Below are positions 39,653 through 50,041 of a stretch of DNA of 64,000 nt, one piece after another. The number at the start of each line of letters is the position of its first letter. Position 1 is the first letter of the stretch. The translations under genes and the position numbers were made by a program. The notes beneath the pieces are model-generated. The model was not told where the DNA came from and did no database searches. It saw nothing but the letters and a program-made list of their open reading frames with translations. Source of the stretch: an uncultured Candidatus Rokubacteria bacterium (lineage in GTDB: Bacteria; Methylomirabilota; Methylomirabilia; Rokubacteriales; CSP1-6); the NCBI GenBank assembly GCA_963747235.1, contig CAVVEU010000024.1, forward strand, positions 736,001 to 800,000, read 5' to 3'.

Positions 39653-41752
39653 ATGGAACGGTCGTTCGCCGAGGAAGTCAAGCAGCTCGCGCTGGGGGAC
39701 GGCCAGGTGCTCCGGGGCGAGGGGATCCTCGCGATCACCAAGGCGCTGCTGCAGTCCGGTGTCTCCTACGTGGGCGGCTACCCGGGCGCGCCGGTCTCTC
39801 ATCTCCTGGATGTCCTGGCCGACGCCAACGAGTCGCTGTTGAAGCCGATGGGCGTCTACCTGGACGCCTCCGCCAACGAGGCGGCCGCCGCCGCGCTGCT
39901 CGGCGCCTCCATCAACTACCCGATGCGCGGCGCGGTGACGTGGAAATCTATCGTGGGCACCAACGTGGCCGCGGACGCGCTGTCGAACCTGGCCTCGGCC
40001 GGCGTCATCGGCGGCGCGCTGATCGTGGTCGGCGAGGACTACGGCGCCGGCGCCAGCGTCATCCAGGAGCGCACGCATGCCTTCGCGCTCAAGTCGTCGC
40101 TACCGCTCATCGACCCGCGCCCGACCCTGCAGAACCTCGCGCGCATGGTGGAAGAGGGCTTCGCCCTGTCCGAGGCCTCGAACCTCCCCACCGTGATCAG
40201 CCTGCGCATCCGCGCCGCGCACATGCGCGGGAGCCTGGTCTGCCGCGACAATGTCCGGCCGGCCGTCTCCATGAACACGCGGCTCGAGCGCCACTCCTTC
40301 GACTACGGCCGCCTGAGCCACCCGCCGTCCACCTACACCCAGGAGGCGCAGAAGTTCGAGCGGCGGCTGCCCGCGGCCCGGCGCTACATCGTCGCGCGCG
40401 GCCTCAACGAGGTGATCCCCGGCGAGGAGAAGGCGCTCGGCATCATCCTCCAGGGCGGGCTCACCCCGACCGCGCTGCGGGCGCTCGAGCTGCTGGGCAT
40501 GGCCGACCCGTTCGGCGCCTCCCGCATCCCGATGCTGGTGCTGAACGTGATCCACCCGCTCGTGCCCGAGCAGCTCGTCTCCTTCCTCGAGGGCAAGCAG
40601 CGCGTGCTCGTGCTGGAAGAGGGCATGCCGAGCTTCATCGAGCAGGAGCTGAAGGCGCTCGCCTACGAGCACGGGCTCACCACGCGCATCCACGGCAAGG
40701 ACGTGGTGGCCGCGCAGGGCGAGTACGTGCCCGAGGTGGTGCTGGCCGCCCTCGCGCGCTTCCTGGGCGGCGACGCGGAGCGGCGGCGGCAGGCGCTCAC
40801 CGAGCACGTGGGGCAGGGCCGCGCGCTGCTCCAGGCGCCGCTGCCCAAGCGCCCGCCCGCGTTCTGCACCGGCTGCCCGGAGCGGCCGGTGTTCAGCGCG
40901 CTCAAGATCGCCCAGCGCGAGCTCGGCGAGACCCACGTGGCCGCCGACATCGGCTGCCACGCCTTCGCGACGCTGCCGCCGTTCAACCAGGGCAACACCA
41001 TCCTGGGCTACGGGATGAGCGTGGCCTCGGCCAGCGCGGTGGCGCCCCACTTCGACAAGCGCGTGATCTCGATCCTGGGCGACGGCGGCTTCTGGCACTC
41101 GGGTCTCACCGCGGGGGTGGCCAACGCGGTCTTCAACAAGCAGGACTCGATCGTGGTGGTGCTGGAGAACTTCTACACCTCGGCCACCGGCCAGCAGGCC
41201 AATCCCTCGTCGGGCAAGAACCCGCGTGGCGACATCGTGAAGATGTCCATCGCCGACACCATCCGGAGCCTCGGGGTCTCCTGGATCAAGACCGTGAATC
41301 CCTACCGGGTCGAAGCCACGTTGAAAGTCGTCAAGGAGGCGATGACCACCGCCGCGGGCGGGCTCAAGGTGATCATCGCCCGCGCGGAGTGCCAGCTCGA
41401 GCGCCAGCGGCGCGTGAAGCCGGAGACGGCGGCGCGCCTCAAGGCGGGCGCGCGGGTCGAGGTGCCGCGGTTCGGCGTGGACCCCGACGTCTGTACCGGC
41501 GACAAGTCGTGCATGCGCTTCAACGGCTGCCCGTCGCTCACCTTGAAGGACAATCCCGACCCGCTGCGCGACGACCCGATCGCCCACGTGGACGCGAGCT
41601 GCGTGGGTTGCGGCCTCTGCGGCGAGGTGGCCCACGCCGCCGTGCTGTGTCCGTCGTTCTACGAGACGCGCGTCGTGCACAACCCGGGTGCCGGCTCCCG
41701 CGCGCTCGACGGGCTGCGGCGCCGCCTCATCGGCTGGCTCCAGCCCGCGTGA
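39653..41752 (+). CDS. iorA: Indolepyruvate:ferredoxin oxidoreductase alpha subunit
   Basis: GGYPGAP, FCTGCPER, DIGCH, GDGGFWHSG TPP motif, CVGCGLC ferredoxin. Confidence 0.88.
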   Translation: MERSFAEEVKQLALGDGQVLRGEGILAITKALLQSGVSYVGGYPGAPVSHLLDVLADANESLLKPMGVYLDASANEAAAAALLGASINYPMRGAVTWKSIVGTNVAADALSNLASAGVIGGALIVVGEDYGAGASVIQERTHAFALKSSLPLIDPRPTLQNLARMVEEGFALSEASNLPTVISLRIRAAHMRGSLVCRDNVRPAVSMNTRLERHSFDYGRLSHPPSTYTQEAQKFERRLPAARRYIVARGLNEVIPGEEKALGIILQGGLTPTALRALELLGMADPFGASRIPMLVLNVIHPLVPEQLVSFLEGKQRVLVLEEGMPSFIEQELKALAYEHGLTTRIHGKDVVAAQGEYVPEVVLAALARFLGGDAERRRQALTEHVGQGRALLQAPLPKRPPAFCTGCPERPVFSALKIAQRELGETHVAADIGCHAFATLPPFNQGNTILGYGMSVASASAVAPHFDKRVISILGDGGFWHSGLTAGVANAVFNKQDSIVVVLENFYTSATGQQANPSSGKNPRGDIVKMSIADTIRSLGVSWIKTVNPYRVEATLKVVKEAMTTAAGGLKVIIARAECQLERQRRVKPETAARLKAGARVEVPRFGVDPDVCTGDKSCMRFNGCPSLTLKDNPDPLRDDPIAHVDASCVGCGLCGEVAHAAVLCPSFYETRVVHNPGAGSRALDGLRRRLIGWLQPA

Positions 41753-43287
41753 TGGCCTCGCGCCGCCCCGTCTCGATCCTGATCGCCGCGCTCGGCGGGC
41801 AGGGCGGCGGCGTGCTCACCGAGTGGCTCGTGGGCGCGGCGGGCCACGCCGGCTACCCGGCCCAGGCCACCTCGATCCCGGGCGTGGCCCAGCGCACCGG
41901 CGCCACCACCTACTACGTCGAGGTGTTTCCCGAGCGGGTGGAAGCGGGCGGCGCGGAGCCGATCTTCTCGCTCTACCCGACGCCGGGCGACGTGGACGTG
42001 ATCATCGCGTCCGAGCTGCTCGAGGCCGGGCGCACCATCGAGATGGACTACGTCTCGCCCGGCCGCACCACCCTGGTCGCGAGCACGCACCGGCTCTTCT
42101 CGATCGCCGAGAAGTCGGTGCCGGGCGACGGGATCTACCCGAGCGAAGGCCTGGAGGCCGCCGCGCGCAAGCTCAGCCGTCGCTTCGTGGGCTTCGACGC
42201 CCTGACGGCCGCGCGCCAGCACCAGACCGAGGTCAACGCGCTGCTGCTGGGCGCGCTGGCGGCCACCGGCGTGCTGCCGATGACCGCGGCCGACTTCGAG
42301 GCCGCGATCCGCGAGGGCGGCGTCGCGGTGGAGCGCAACGTGCGCGGCTTGAAGGCGGGCCAGGAGCTGGTGGCGGCCGGGCAGCCGGGGACGGAAGCGC
42401 CGCCGGCCGAGCGCCCGTGGCCGGCCGTGAAGGCCGAGCGGGCGGCCGCGCTCGGTTCGCGAGGCGCCGCGTTCCTGGCGCTGGCCGCGCGGACCGAGGC
42501 CGAGTTCCCGGACACGCTCCATGCGACGCTCGGCGAAGCGCTCGCGAGGCTGATCGATTACCAGGACGCCCGCTACGCGGAGCTGTTCCTCGAGCGCGTC
42601 CGCCGGGTCCGCGCGCTCGACCCGGACGCGCGCCTGACGCGCGCCTTCGCCCGACGCCTCGCGGTGTGGATGACCTACGAGGACGCCATCCGGGTGGCCG
42701 ACCTCAAGACGCGCCGCGCCCGCTTCGAGCGCATCCGCCGCGAGAACGCGGCGCCCGAGGGCTCGGTGGTCGTGGTCACGGACTATCTCAAGCCCGATCT
42801 GGACGAGCTCTACGGCATCCTGCCCGCCGCGATCGGCGCCCCCATCGCGCGCTGGGCGGAGCGGCGGTGGCCCGACGGCCGCCCGACGATCGGCCAGCAC
42901 GTGAAGACCACATCGGTGGCAGGCTTCCTGCGCGTCTGGCTGCTCGCCCAGCTCCGCTGGCTGCGCCCGTCATCGCTCCGCCGCCAGCGCGAGTTCGCGC
43001 TGATGCGCCGCTGGGAGGACACGGTGCTCGCGGCCGCCGCGCTCGACCCGGCCCTGGCCGCCGAGGCCGCGGAGCTGGCCAATATCGTGAAAGGGTATGG
43101 TGAAGTGCGCCGCCGCCTCTCCGGCGCCCTCGAGCGCTTCCTCGACGACACGGTGCGCCCCGCGATCGAAGCCGACCGCCGCGCGGGCGCGGGCTACGCC
43201 CGCGCGACCGAGCTCGTCCGCGCCGGCCGCCACCGCCTCCTGGCCGACGAGAACGCGTCTTCTCTTACCCCTCACGGGAGAGGATAG
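41752..43287 (+). CDS. iorB: Indolepyruvate oxidoreductase beta subunit family protein
   Basis: ALGGQGGGVL, PGVAQRTGAT, LIDYQD, WMTYEDAIRVADLK, VKGYG. Confidence 0.85.
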   Translation: MASRRPVSILIAALGGQGGGVLTEWLVGAAGHAGYPAQATSIPGVAQRTGATTYYVEVFPERVEAGGAEPIFSLYPTPGDVDVIIASELLEAGRTIEMDYVSPGRTTLVASTHRLFSIAEKSVPGDGIYPSEGLEAAARKLSRRFVGFDALTAARQHQTEVNALLLGALAATGVLPMTAADFEAAIREGGVAVERNVRGLKAGQELVAAGQPGTEAPPAERPWPAVKAERAAALGSRGAAFLALAARTEAEFPDTLHATLGEALARLIDYQDARYAELFLERVRRVRALDPDARLTRAFARRLAVWMTYEDAIRVADLKTRRARFERIRRENAAPEGSVVVVTDYLKPDLDELYGILPAAIGAPIARWAERRWPDGRPTIGQHVKTTSVAGFLRVWLLAQLRWLRPSSLRRQREFALMRRWEDTVLAAAALDPALAAEAAELANIVKGYGEVRRRLSGALERFLDDTVRPAIEADRRAGAGYARATELVRAGRHRLLADENASSLTPHGRG

Positions 43288-43298
43288 GGCAGGGCACC

Positions 43299-44027
43299 AT
43301 GGCCGGCAACGCGCTTCTGACCCGCGACGGCCCCATCGCCACCGTCACGCTCAATCGCCCCGATCGCCGCAACTCGCTGAGCGACGAGATGCTCGCCGAG
43401 CTGGGCGCGGCCTTCGCCGAGCTGCGCGACGACGCCTCGACACGCGTCGTCATCGTGACCGGCGCGCCGCCGGTCTTCTCCGCCGGGGCCGACGCCGGCC
43501 ATGCCAAGGCCGCGACGCCGGAGGAGCGCCGCAAGCTCTTCCTCTCGCGCAAGTCGCAGTTCCGCCGCCTCTTCGAGCGGTCGAACGCGCTGCTCGAGAA
43601 CCTCGAGCAGGCCACCATCGCCGCGGTGAACGGCCACGCGGTGGGCGGCGGCTGGGGCCTGGCGCTCGCGTGCGACTTTCGCATCGCCGCCGCGGAAGCG
43701 CAGTTCTGGATCCCGGAGGTGGACCTGGGCGTGCCGCTCGGGGTGGGTACCACCACGCGCTTCGTGCGGATGGTCGGGCCGGCGCGCGCCAAGGAGATCA
43801 TCATGGGGTGCGCCCGCTACTCGGCGGCCGACGCCCAGGCCTGGGGACTCGTGAATCGCGTGGTGCCGGGGACCGAGCTGGCAAGGGCCGCGCGCGACTA
43901 CGCGGAGCTCCTGGCCAGGAAGCCGGTCAAGCCGCTCGCCGAGGTCAAGGCCCGTATCAACGCGATCGCGCGCACCGGCATCCCCGAGGTCAACGCGATG
44001 ACCGAGGGGTTCCTCGACCGCGAGTGA
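43299..44027 (+). CDS. Enoyl-CoA hydratase/isomerase
   Basis: LNRPDRRN, FSAGAD, AAVNGHAVGGG, PEVDLG. Confidence 0.9.
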   Translation: MAGNALLTRDGPIATVTLNRPDRRNSLSDEMLAELGAAFAELRDDASTRVVIVTGAPPVFSAGADAGHAKAATPEERRKLFLSRKSQFRRLFERSNALLENLEQATIAAVNGHAVGGGWGLALACDFRIAAAEAQFWIPEVDLGVPLGVGTTTRFVRMVGPARAKEIIMGCARYSAADAQAWGLVNRVVPGTELARAARDYAELLARKPVKPLAEVKARINAIARTGIPEVNAMTEGFLDRE

Positions 44028-44352
44028 CCGCGGCGGCCCACCGGGCCGACCAGGCGACCAGCGGCAGGAACTGCTCGATCAGCTCGCGCCCCAGCGGCGT
44101 GAGGCCGTAGCCCGCCGCGCCCGCCGACTCGAGCAGCCCGCTCTCCCGCAGCTCGCGCAGCCGCTCGTTGAGCACGGTGGGGCTCACGCCGCCGCAGGCC
44201 TCCTGGAGCGCGCGGAAGGTCAGCCGGCCCCCGCGCAGCTCCCAGATCACCCGCAACGTCCAGCGCCGGCTCAGCAGGTCCAGGAGGGCCATGATCGGCC
44301 GCCCCGTCCGTGAGCCCCGCACCGGCCGTCCCGGCCTCGGCGTCCCGGCCAT
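43990..44352 (-). CDS. HxlR family transcriptional regulator
   Basis: GRPIMALLDLLSRRWTLRVIWEL, SPTVLNERLREL. Confidence 0.85.
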   Translation of the reverse strand: MAGTPRPGRPVRGSRTGRPIMALLDLLSRRWTLRVIWELRGGRLTFRALQEACGGVSPTVLNERLRELRESGLLESAGAAGYGLTPLGRELIEQFLPLVAWSARWAAAVTRGRGTPRSSR

Positions 44353-44369
44353 CGCGCGCCTCCTCTTGT

Positions 44370-44415
44370 GCTACTGAATACGTAGCGGTAGGATGTCTGC
44401 TACGGAAACGATAGC
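44370..44415. promoter_or_regulatory. Two GCTAC-N7-RTAGC boxes in a divergent promoter
   Basis: GCTAC-TGAATAC-GTAGC (44370-86) and GCTAC-GGAAACG-ATAGC (44399-415). Confidence 0.6.
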
Positions 44416-44439
44416 ACAGGCTCACGGAGGATCGACGCC

Positions 44440-45051
44440 ATGACCGCCGCCCGCATCGCCCCCCTCGAGGGTCCGTACTCCCCGCCGGTCCAGGAAGCGC
44501 TGGACCGCATCATGCCGGCCGGCGTGCCGCCGCTCGCGCTCTTCCGTACCCTCGCGGTCAACGAGCGGGTCTTCCTCCGCCTGATGGCGGGCGGCCTGCT
44601 GGACCGGGGCTCGATCAGCCTGCGCGAGCGCGAGATCGTCATCGACCGGACCTGCGCGCGCTGCGGCTCGGAGTACGAATGGGGCGTGCACGTGGCCTTC
44701 TTCGCCGAGCGGGTCGGCCTCACCGCCTCACAGGTCGCCGCCACCTGCGCGCCCGAGGCGGAGGCCGGGGCGTTCCCGGAGCGCGAGCGCCTCCTCATCC
44801 GCCTGGTGGACGCCCTCCACGACGAGGCGCGCGTCGACGACGCGCTCTGGGCCGCGCTGCGGATGGAATGGAGCGAGCCGCAGCTCATCGAGCTGATCGC
44901 GCTGGCCGGGTTCTACCACCTGATCGCGTTCGTCACCAACGCGCTCAGGATCCCCCCGGAGCCCTACGGGGCGCGGTTCCCGCGAGCGGACGGGCCGGGC
45001 GCAGCCGGTGATGGACGTTCTCCCCGCGCGTCTCCTTCAACAGGAGGCTGA
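44440..45051 (+). CDS. Carboxymuconolactone decarboxylase/AhpD-like protein
   Basis: REREIVI.R....CGSEYEWGVH, QLIELIALAGFY. Confidence 0.8.
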   Translation: MTAARIAPLEGPYSPPVQEALDRIMPAGVPPLALFRTLAVNERVFLRLMAGGLLDRGSISLREREIVIDRTCARCGSEYEWGVHVAFFAERVGLTASQVAATCAPEAEAGAFPERERLLIRLVDALHDEARVDDALWAALRMEWSEPQLIELIALAGFYHLIAFVTNALRIPPEPYGARFPRADGPGAAGDGRSPRASPSTGG

Positions 45052-46280
45052 TCGCGGCGCCCGTGAGCACGAAGAGCACGCAGAGCGCGAACGCGCCGCG
45101 GTAGGACGCCACCGGGTACACGCGGGCGCCCTCCACGAGGGCGCCCGTCCACCCCGCGTCCAGCACGGCGCCCACCGGGCCCTGGGTGAGCGCGGCGCCC
45201 ACGAAGCCGCCCAGGTTGGTGACCGCCACCGCGCTGCCCGCGAGCTCCGGCGGGTTCACCTCGGCGCCCATCGGCCAGGTCGAGCACGAAGGCGCCGCCC
45301 GTGACGCCGAGGAGCACGAAGAGCGCACAGACGCCGGACAGCGGCAGGGTGCCGAGCGTCAGCACGAACGCGAGCCAGACCAGGAACTGCCCGGTGACCA
45401 GGACGATGTAGGGGAGCTTGCGGCGGTGCAGCACGCGGTCGGACAGGTAGCCGGTGAGCGGAGCGGAGACGAGCAGCGCGAGCGAGGGCAGCGAGGCGTA
45501 GAGCGCGGCCTTCGTGGTCGTGAGGCCGTAGACGTCGCGGAGGAAGGGCACGCTCCACAGGAAGAAATTGCCCATCGCGGCGTAGAGGAAGAAGAAGCAG
45601 AGGAAGGGCGGCCAGGTGTGCGGATTGCGCAGCACCCGGAGCGTGCCGGCCAGCACGACCCGGAGCGACGCCCCGTGGGGGGACGCATGCGCGCCGGCGG
45701 GCCGGTCGCGGACGGCCGCCGCGCAGAGGAGCGCGGCCGCCAGCGTCGCCGCGCCGATGATGATGAGGGCGCCGCGCCAGGACACGCTCGCGGCCAGCGC
45801 GGCGAGGGGCGCGCTGCCGACGAGCGCGCCGAGTACGCCCACCGTCGCGGTCAGCGCGGACATCATCCCGAACTGCGAGCGTGGAAACCAGTTCGCTGCG
45901 ATCTTCAGGGCCCCGGTGAAGGTCACGGTGGCGCCGAGGCCCACCAGCAGGCGGCCGGCGAAGAGAACGGCGGGGCTCGCGGCGAGCCCCATGGCGAGCG
46001 AGCCCACGCCCATGACCGCCCCGCCGCCCGCGATCACCCAGCGCGGGCCGACGCTGTCGATCAGCACCCCGCCCGGGACCATGAACCCCGCGTAGGAGTA
46101 GAAGTACATCGCGGAGAGCAGGCCCACCACGGTGCCGGTGATGCCGAACGCCTGCATCAGCTCCTTGGCGAGCACGCCGGGCGCCGCGCGGTGCAGGAAG
46201 GCGATCAGGAAGATGAGGGCCGGGATGCCCCACATGAGCCACCGGCGGGCCGCCGCGGCGGCCGGATCGGCGGTGGTCAC
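44945..46280 (-). CDS. MFS transporter (indel near 45280)
   Basis: AFLHRAAPG, GVLIDSVGPR, GYLSDR; C-terminus lies in the ORF 44945-45328 frame. Confidence 0.8.
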
Positions 46281-47044
46281 GCGCCGCGGGTCCAGAAGCC
46301 GGCGGGGTCGCACTCGCGGACGATGGCGAGCTCCGCGGCGGTCGGCGTCGGCGTCGGCCCCACGTCGGGCGCGGTCCGGAGCGTGAACCCGGTGGCGGCC
46401 CGGACGCTGTCCACGCTCTGGCCCGGATGATAGGAGGCCAGGTACATCTCGCAGGTCGCGGGATCGAAGCGGAAGACGCCCAGCGTGGTGACCACCGCGG
46501 CGGGCCCGCCGCCGGTGAGCCCGACCCGCGCGCGCCAGCCCGGACCCTCGCCGAAGCCGGGCGAGGTGATGTAGTCCACGCGCTCGCGGAAGCGATGCTT
46601 CTCCTGCGGCATGATCACCACGAAGCGCCGGGCCAGGCTCGCGATGTCGCCGCCGCCGCCGCTGCCGGGCAGCCGCACCGTCGGCCGGCGCCAGTCCCCG
46701 ATGTAGGACGTGTTCAGGTTGCCGAACCGGTCGATCTCGGCGCCGCCGATGAAGCCCAGGTCCACCAGCCCCTGCTGGAGGAACGCCATGATCTCGATCG
46801 TGCCGGTGCACCACAACGCGCCCGGGATGTTCGGCGTGTCGCTCATGGTCATCAGGGTCTCGGGCGCCGGTTGATCGCGCACGATGCCGTTCTCGAAGAG
46901 CCCGGTGGCCCCGGGCGCGTGCGTGCGCTTGGCGTAGGCGAACGCGATCAGCGGCAGCCGCATGCCGACGAAGACCACGTCCTGATCGCGGATCTCCCGG
47001 GCTGCCGCGATGACCATGAGCTCGCGCTCGGTGAAATCTGTCAC
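46277..47044 (-). CDS. CoA-transferase subunit B (glutaconate/3-oxoacid type)
   Basis: VFVGMRLP, ENG, GGAEIDRFGNLNT, RLPGSGG. Confidence 0.88.
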   Translation of the reverse strand: MTDFTERELMVIAAAREIRDQDVVFVGMRLPLIAFAYAKRTHAPGATGLFENGIVRDQPAPETLMTMSDTPNIPGALWCTGTIEIMAFLQQGLVDLGFIGGAEIDRFGNLNTSYIGDWRRPTVRLPGSGGGGDIASLARRFVVIMPQEKHRFRERVDYITSPGFGEGPGWRARVGLTGGGPAAVVTTLGVFRFDPATCEMYLASYHPGQSVDSVRAATGFTLRTAPDVGPTPTPTAAELAIVRECDPAGFWTRGA

Positions 47045-48159
47045 GGGCGGAGGTCGAAGATCTGGGCGTTGCCCTTGACGAAGGGGTGGCGGCGGAGGGC
47101 TTCGGGGTTGAGCTCGACGCCGAGGCCGGGACCCTTCGGCACCTCCATCCAGCCGTCGCGCGCCTGGATCGGCCGGGCCAGGAACGGGGTCTCCTGGTCG
47201 CCGGTCGGGAACTCCACGGGCAGGGGCCCGCCGAAGGTCGCGGCCACGTGCAGGGTCGCGGCCAGCCCGGGGCCGAAGTAGAACGAGTGCGGCGCGATCG
47301 GCAGGTTCGCGGCCTGGGCGAGCGCGGCGATCTTCTTGAACTCCGAGATGCCGCCGACCTTGGTGACGCTCGGCTGCAGCACGTCGCCCGCCCGCTGCCG
47401 CACGATCTCGTTGAAGCCGTAGAGCGTGGATTCGTTCTCGCCCAGCGCGATCGGGGTCTCGGTGGCGGCGGCGACGCGCGCGAGGCCGGCGTAGTCCTCC
47501 GGCGGCCACACCGGCTCCTCCAACCAGAAGAGGCGGTAGGGCTCGAGCGCGCGGGCCATCGCGATGGCCTCGAAGGGCGTCCAGGGGCAGTTGGTATCGA
47601 GCATCAGCTCCACGTCGGGTCCCACCGCGTCCCGCGCGGCGCGCACCGAGGCCACGTCGGTCTGGTGGAGCTTGAGCATGCGGAAGCCCTGGGCGACGAA
47701 CTGCCGGCAGGCGCCCGCCACCGCCTCCGGCGTCTCGTAGCGCAGGAGGCTCGCGTAGGCGGGCAGGCGCGGCCGCCGGGCGCCGCCCAGCAGCTCGTAC
47801 ACCGGGGCGTTGCGCACCTTGCCGAGGAGATCCCACAGCGCGATCTCGATCCCGCTGATCGCGAACATGCCGAGCCCGCGCCGGCCGTAGATCATGGTGC
47901 CCCGGTGCATCACGTCCACCACCGCCTCGATCGCGAGCGGATCGAGCCCGATGACGAGCGGGGCCAGGCTCTCCTCGATGACGCTCACGACCGCGAGCGG
48001 CGCCCCGTAGGCGAAGGCCTCGCCGAGGCCGGTGACGCCCTCGTCGGTGTGCACGAGCACGTAGATCTGCTTGCGCGTGCCGCCGGTCCAGGGCGACGGC
48101 GGCGTCATCGGCTTGAGGGGAATGGCGAGCGGCACGGCCTCGATGGCGGTGATCTTCAT
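47041..48159 (-). CDS. Mandelate racemase/muconate lactonizing enzyme family protein
   Basis: SGIEIALWDLLGK, LDTN, WLEEP, GEN, GPGLG. Confidence 0.9.
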   Translation of the reverse strand: MKITAIEAVPLAIPLKPMTPPSPWTGGTRKQIYVLVHTDEGVTGLGEAFAYGAPLAVVSVIEESLAPLVIGLDPLAIEAVVDVMHRGTMIYGRRGLGMFAISGIEIALWDLLGKVRNAPVYELLGGARRPRLPAYASLLRYETPEAVAGACRQFVAQGFRMLKLHQTDVASVRAARDAVGPDVELMLDTNCPWTPFEAIAMARALEPYRLFWLEEPVWPPEDYAGLARVAAATETPIALGENESTLYGFNEIVRQRAGDVLQPSVTKVGGISEFKKIAALAQAANLPIAPHSFYFGPGLAATLHVAATFGGPLPVEFPTGDQETPFLARPIQARDGWMEVPKGPGLGVELNPEALRRHPFVKGNAQIFDLRP

Positions 48160-48162
48160 GGG

Positions 48163-49083
48163 TCAGGCTCCGTAGTCGAGTGGCTCGGACGGCAAGGGGT
48201 GGGTGACCCGCACCGCGTCGAGGACGCCCGCGTCGAGCCGGGAGAGGAAGGCCTTCCAGTCGGGCGCTCCGTGGACCCAGTGGCCGAGCCACTGCCGGAA
48301 GCCCTCCGGGGTCCGGCTCTCCTCGTGGAAGCGGTGGTAGAAATCGTGACGGCGACCATAGTAGCCCTGCACCGGCGAGGGAAACGCGCCCCACGGCTCG
48401 TGGACGACCGCGGCCACCTTGAGCGCGGGGGTGAGCACGAGGCCCGGGTCGCTCAGGATGCGCGCGCGCGGCCGGATCTCCTCGGCCACGATGATCACGC
48501 GCTTCGCCGCGAAGGCGGCCTGCCGCGTCACGCCCAGGGTGCCCCAGACGTGCGCGTGGCCTTCCTCGTCGGCGCGCTGCACGTGGAGGATGGCCACGTC
48601 GGGCGCGATCGCGGGCACCAGCAGGAGCGGGGCGCCGGACCAGGGGTCGGTCGCCGCCTTGAAGGTCGGGTTGGAGTTCGGCAGATCGGTCCCGAGGAGC
48701 GAGCGCGTGGGCAGGTAGGGCACGCCGAGGGCCGCGGCCTGGAGCGCGAAGGCGATGGTGAGGTTCGAGTGATCCTCCACCTCGATCGGCCCGGGCACGC
48801 GCTGCTCGACGGCGCGGCGGTAGTTGTAGCCGAGGCCCGCGCTGACGTTGCCGACCCAGGCCGCGATCACCCGGCGCACGCAGCCCGCGCCGATGAGCTG
48901 GTCGAAGAGGATGTCGGAGATGGGGCCGATCAGGGTGAGATCGCGCCGGCGCTGGCGGATCAGCTCGTGGCCCGCCGCGAAGGGGATGAGGGCCTCGAGC
49001 GCCGTGCCCATGCAGATCGAGGCGCCGTCCGGCACGAAGCGGGCGATGGCATCCCGCATGGACATGAGCTTGGGCGGCGGCAC
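48163..49083 (-). CDS. CoA-transferase subunit A
   Basis: PFAAGHELIRQ, DQLIGAG, HVQRAD..G, GAFPS. Confidence 0.88.
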   Translation of the reverse strand: MPPPKLMSMRDAIARFVPDGASICMGTALEALIPFAAGHELIRQRRRDLTLIGPISDILFDQLIGAGCVRRVIAAWVGNVSAGLGYNYRRAVEQRVPGPIEVEDHSNLTIAFALQAAALGVPYLPTRSLLGTDLPNSNPTFKAATDPWSGAPLLLVPAIAPDVAILHVQRADEEGHAHVWGTLGVTRQAAFAAKRVIIVAEEIRPRARILSDPGLVLTPALKVAAVVHEPWGAFPSPVQGYYGRRHDFYHRFHEESRTPEGFRQWLGHWVHGAPDWKAFLSRLDAGVLDAVRVTHPLPSEPLDYGA

Positions 49084-49097
49084 CCCGGTATCTTACT

Positions 49098-50038
49098 TCA
49101 GAGCGCGGCGGCGTACCTCTGGGGATCGGCGTCGAACAGCTCCTTGCAGCGCAGGCAGCAGAAGTAGACGGAGCGCCCGGCCCAGTCCGACTGGTGGCGC
49201 GCGGTGGCGATCTCCACCGTCATGCCGCAGATCGGATCCTTCGCCTCGGCGGTCGGCCGGCGGCTCGAAGCCGGCCGCCTCGACGTGGTCCGTCTTGCGG
49301 CTGTGCCGCGACGTGAATGATCTCGGCCAGGATGCTGACCGCGATCTCCTCGGGCGTCACCGCGCCGATGTCGAGGCCGGCGGGCGCCTTGAGGCGGCCG
49401 AGGTGCTCCTGCGGGACCCCGCGCTGGTGAAGCGTGGCCAGGACGCTCGCGGCCCGCTTGCGGCTGGCCACCAGGCTGATATAGCCGGCGGGCGTGGCGA
49501 GCACCTGGGTCAGCGCGTCCTCGTCGAGCTCGCCGTGCGTGGCCACCACCACCGAGGAGTCCGGCCCGAGCGCGAGGCCGCGCAGGGCGGCCGCCACCGC
49601 CTCTCCCGGCAGCGTCGCGACGTCATAGCCGGCGCTCCTGCGCGAGCGTGGCGAGCGTCTCGATCACGGGCCCGTGGCCCACCAGGACCAGCAGCGCCTT
49701 CGGCAGGAACGGCTCCACGTAGATCTCCAGCGTGCCCCCGCTGTGGCACGTCATCGGATAGTGCACGATGCCTTCGGTCCGCGCCGGGTCGCGGCCACCG
49801 TCGCCCACCAGGACGACCAGACGCGGATGGCCGTCGCGCAGCGCCGCGAGCGCCTCCCGCGCCACCACCGGCTCGGCGCACGCGCCCCCCACCCAGCCGG
49901 CGACGCTGCCGTCCGGCCGGATCAGGGCCTTCGCGCCGGGCTTGGCCGACGTCGGCCGCTCGCACCGGACGACCGTGGCGAGCGCGAAGGCTCGCCACGG
50001 CGCCGGAGGTCTGCGGCCAGCGCGAGCAGATCTTGCAA
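49098..50038 (-). CDS. XdhC/CoxF-type Mo-enzyme maturation factor with C-terminal YHS domain (several indels)
   Basis: ALATVV...SAKPGAK, GWVGGAC, CHSGG.LEIYVEP, APAGLDIGA.TPEEIAVSILAE, DPICGMTV...YFCCLRCKELF. Confidence 0.8.
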
Positions 50039-50041
50039 GCG

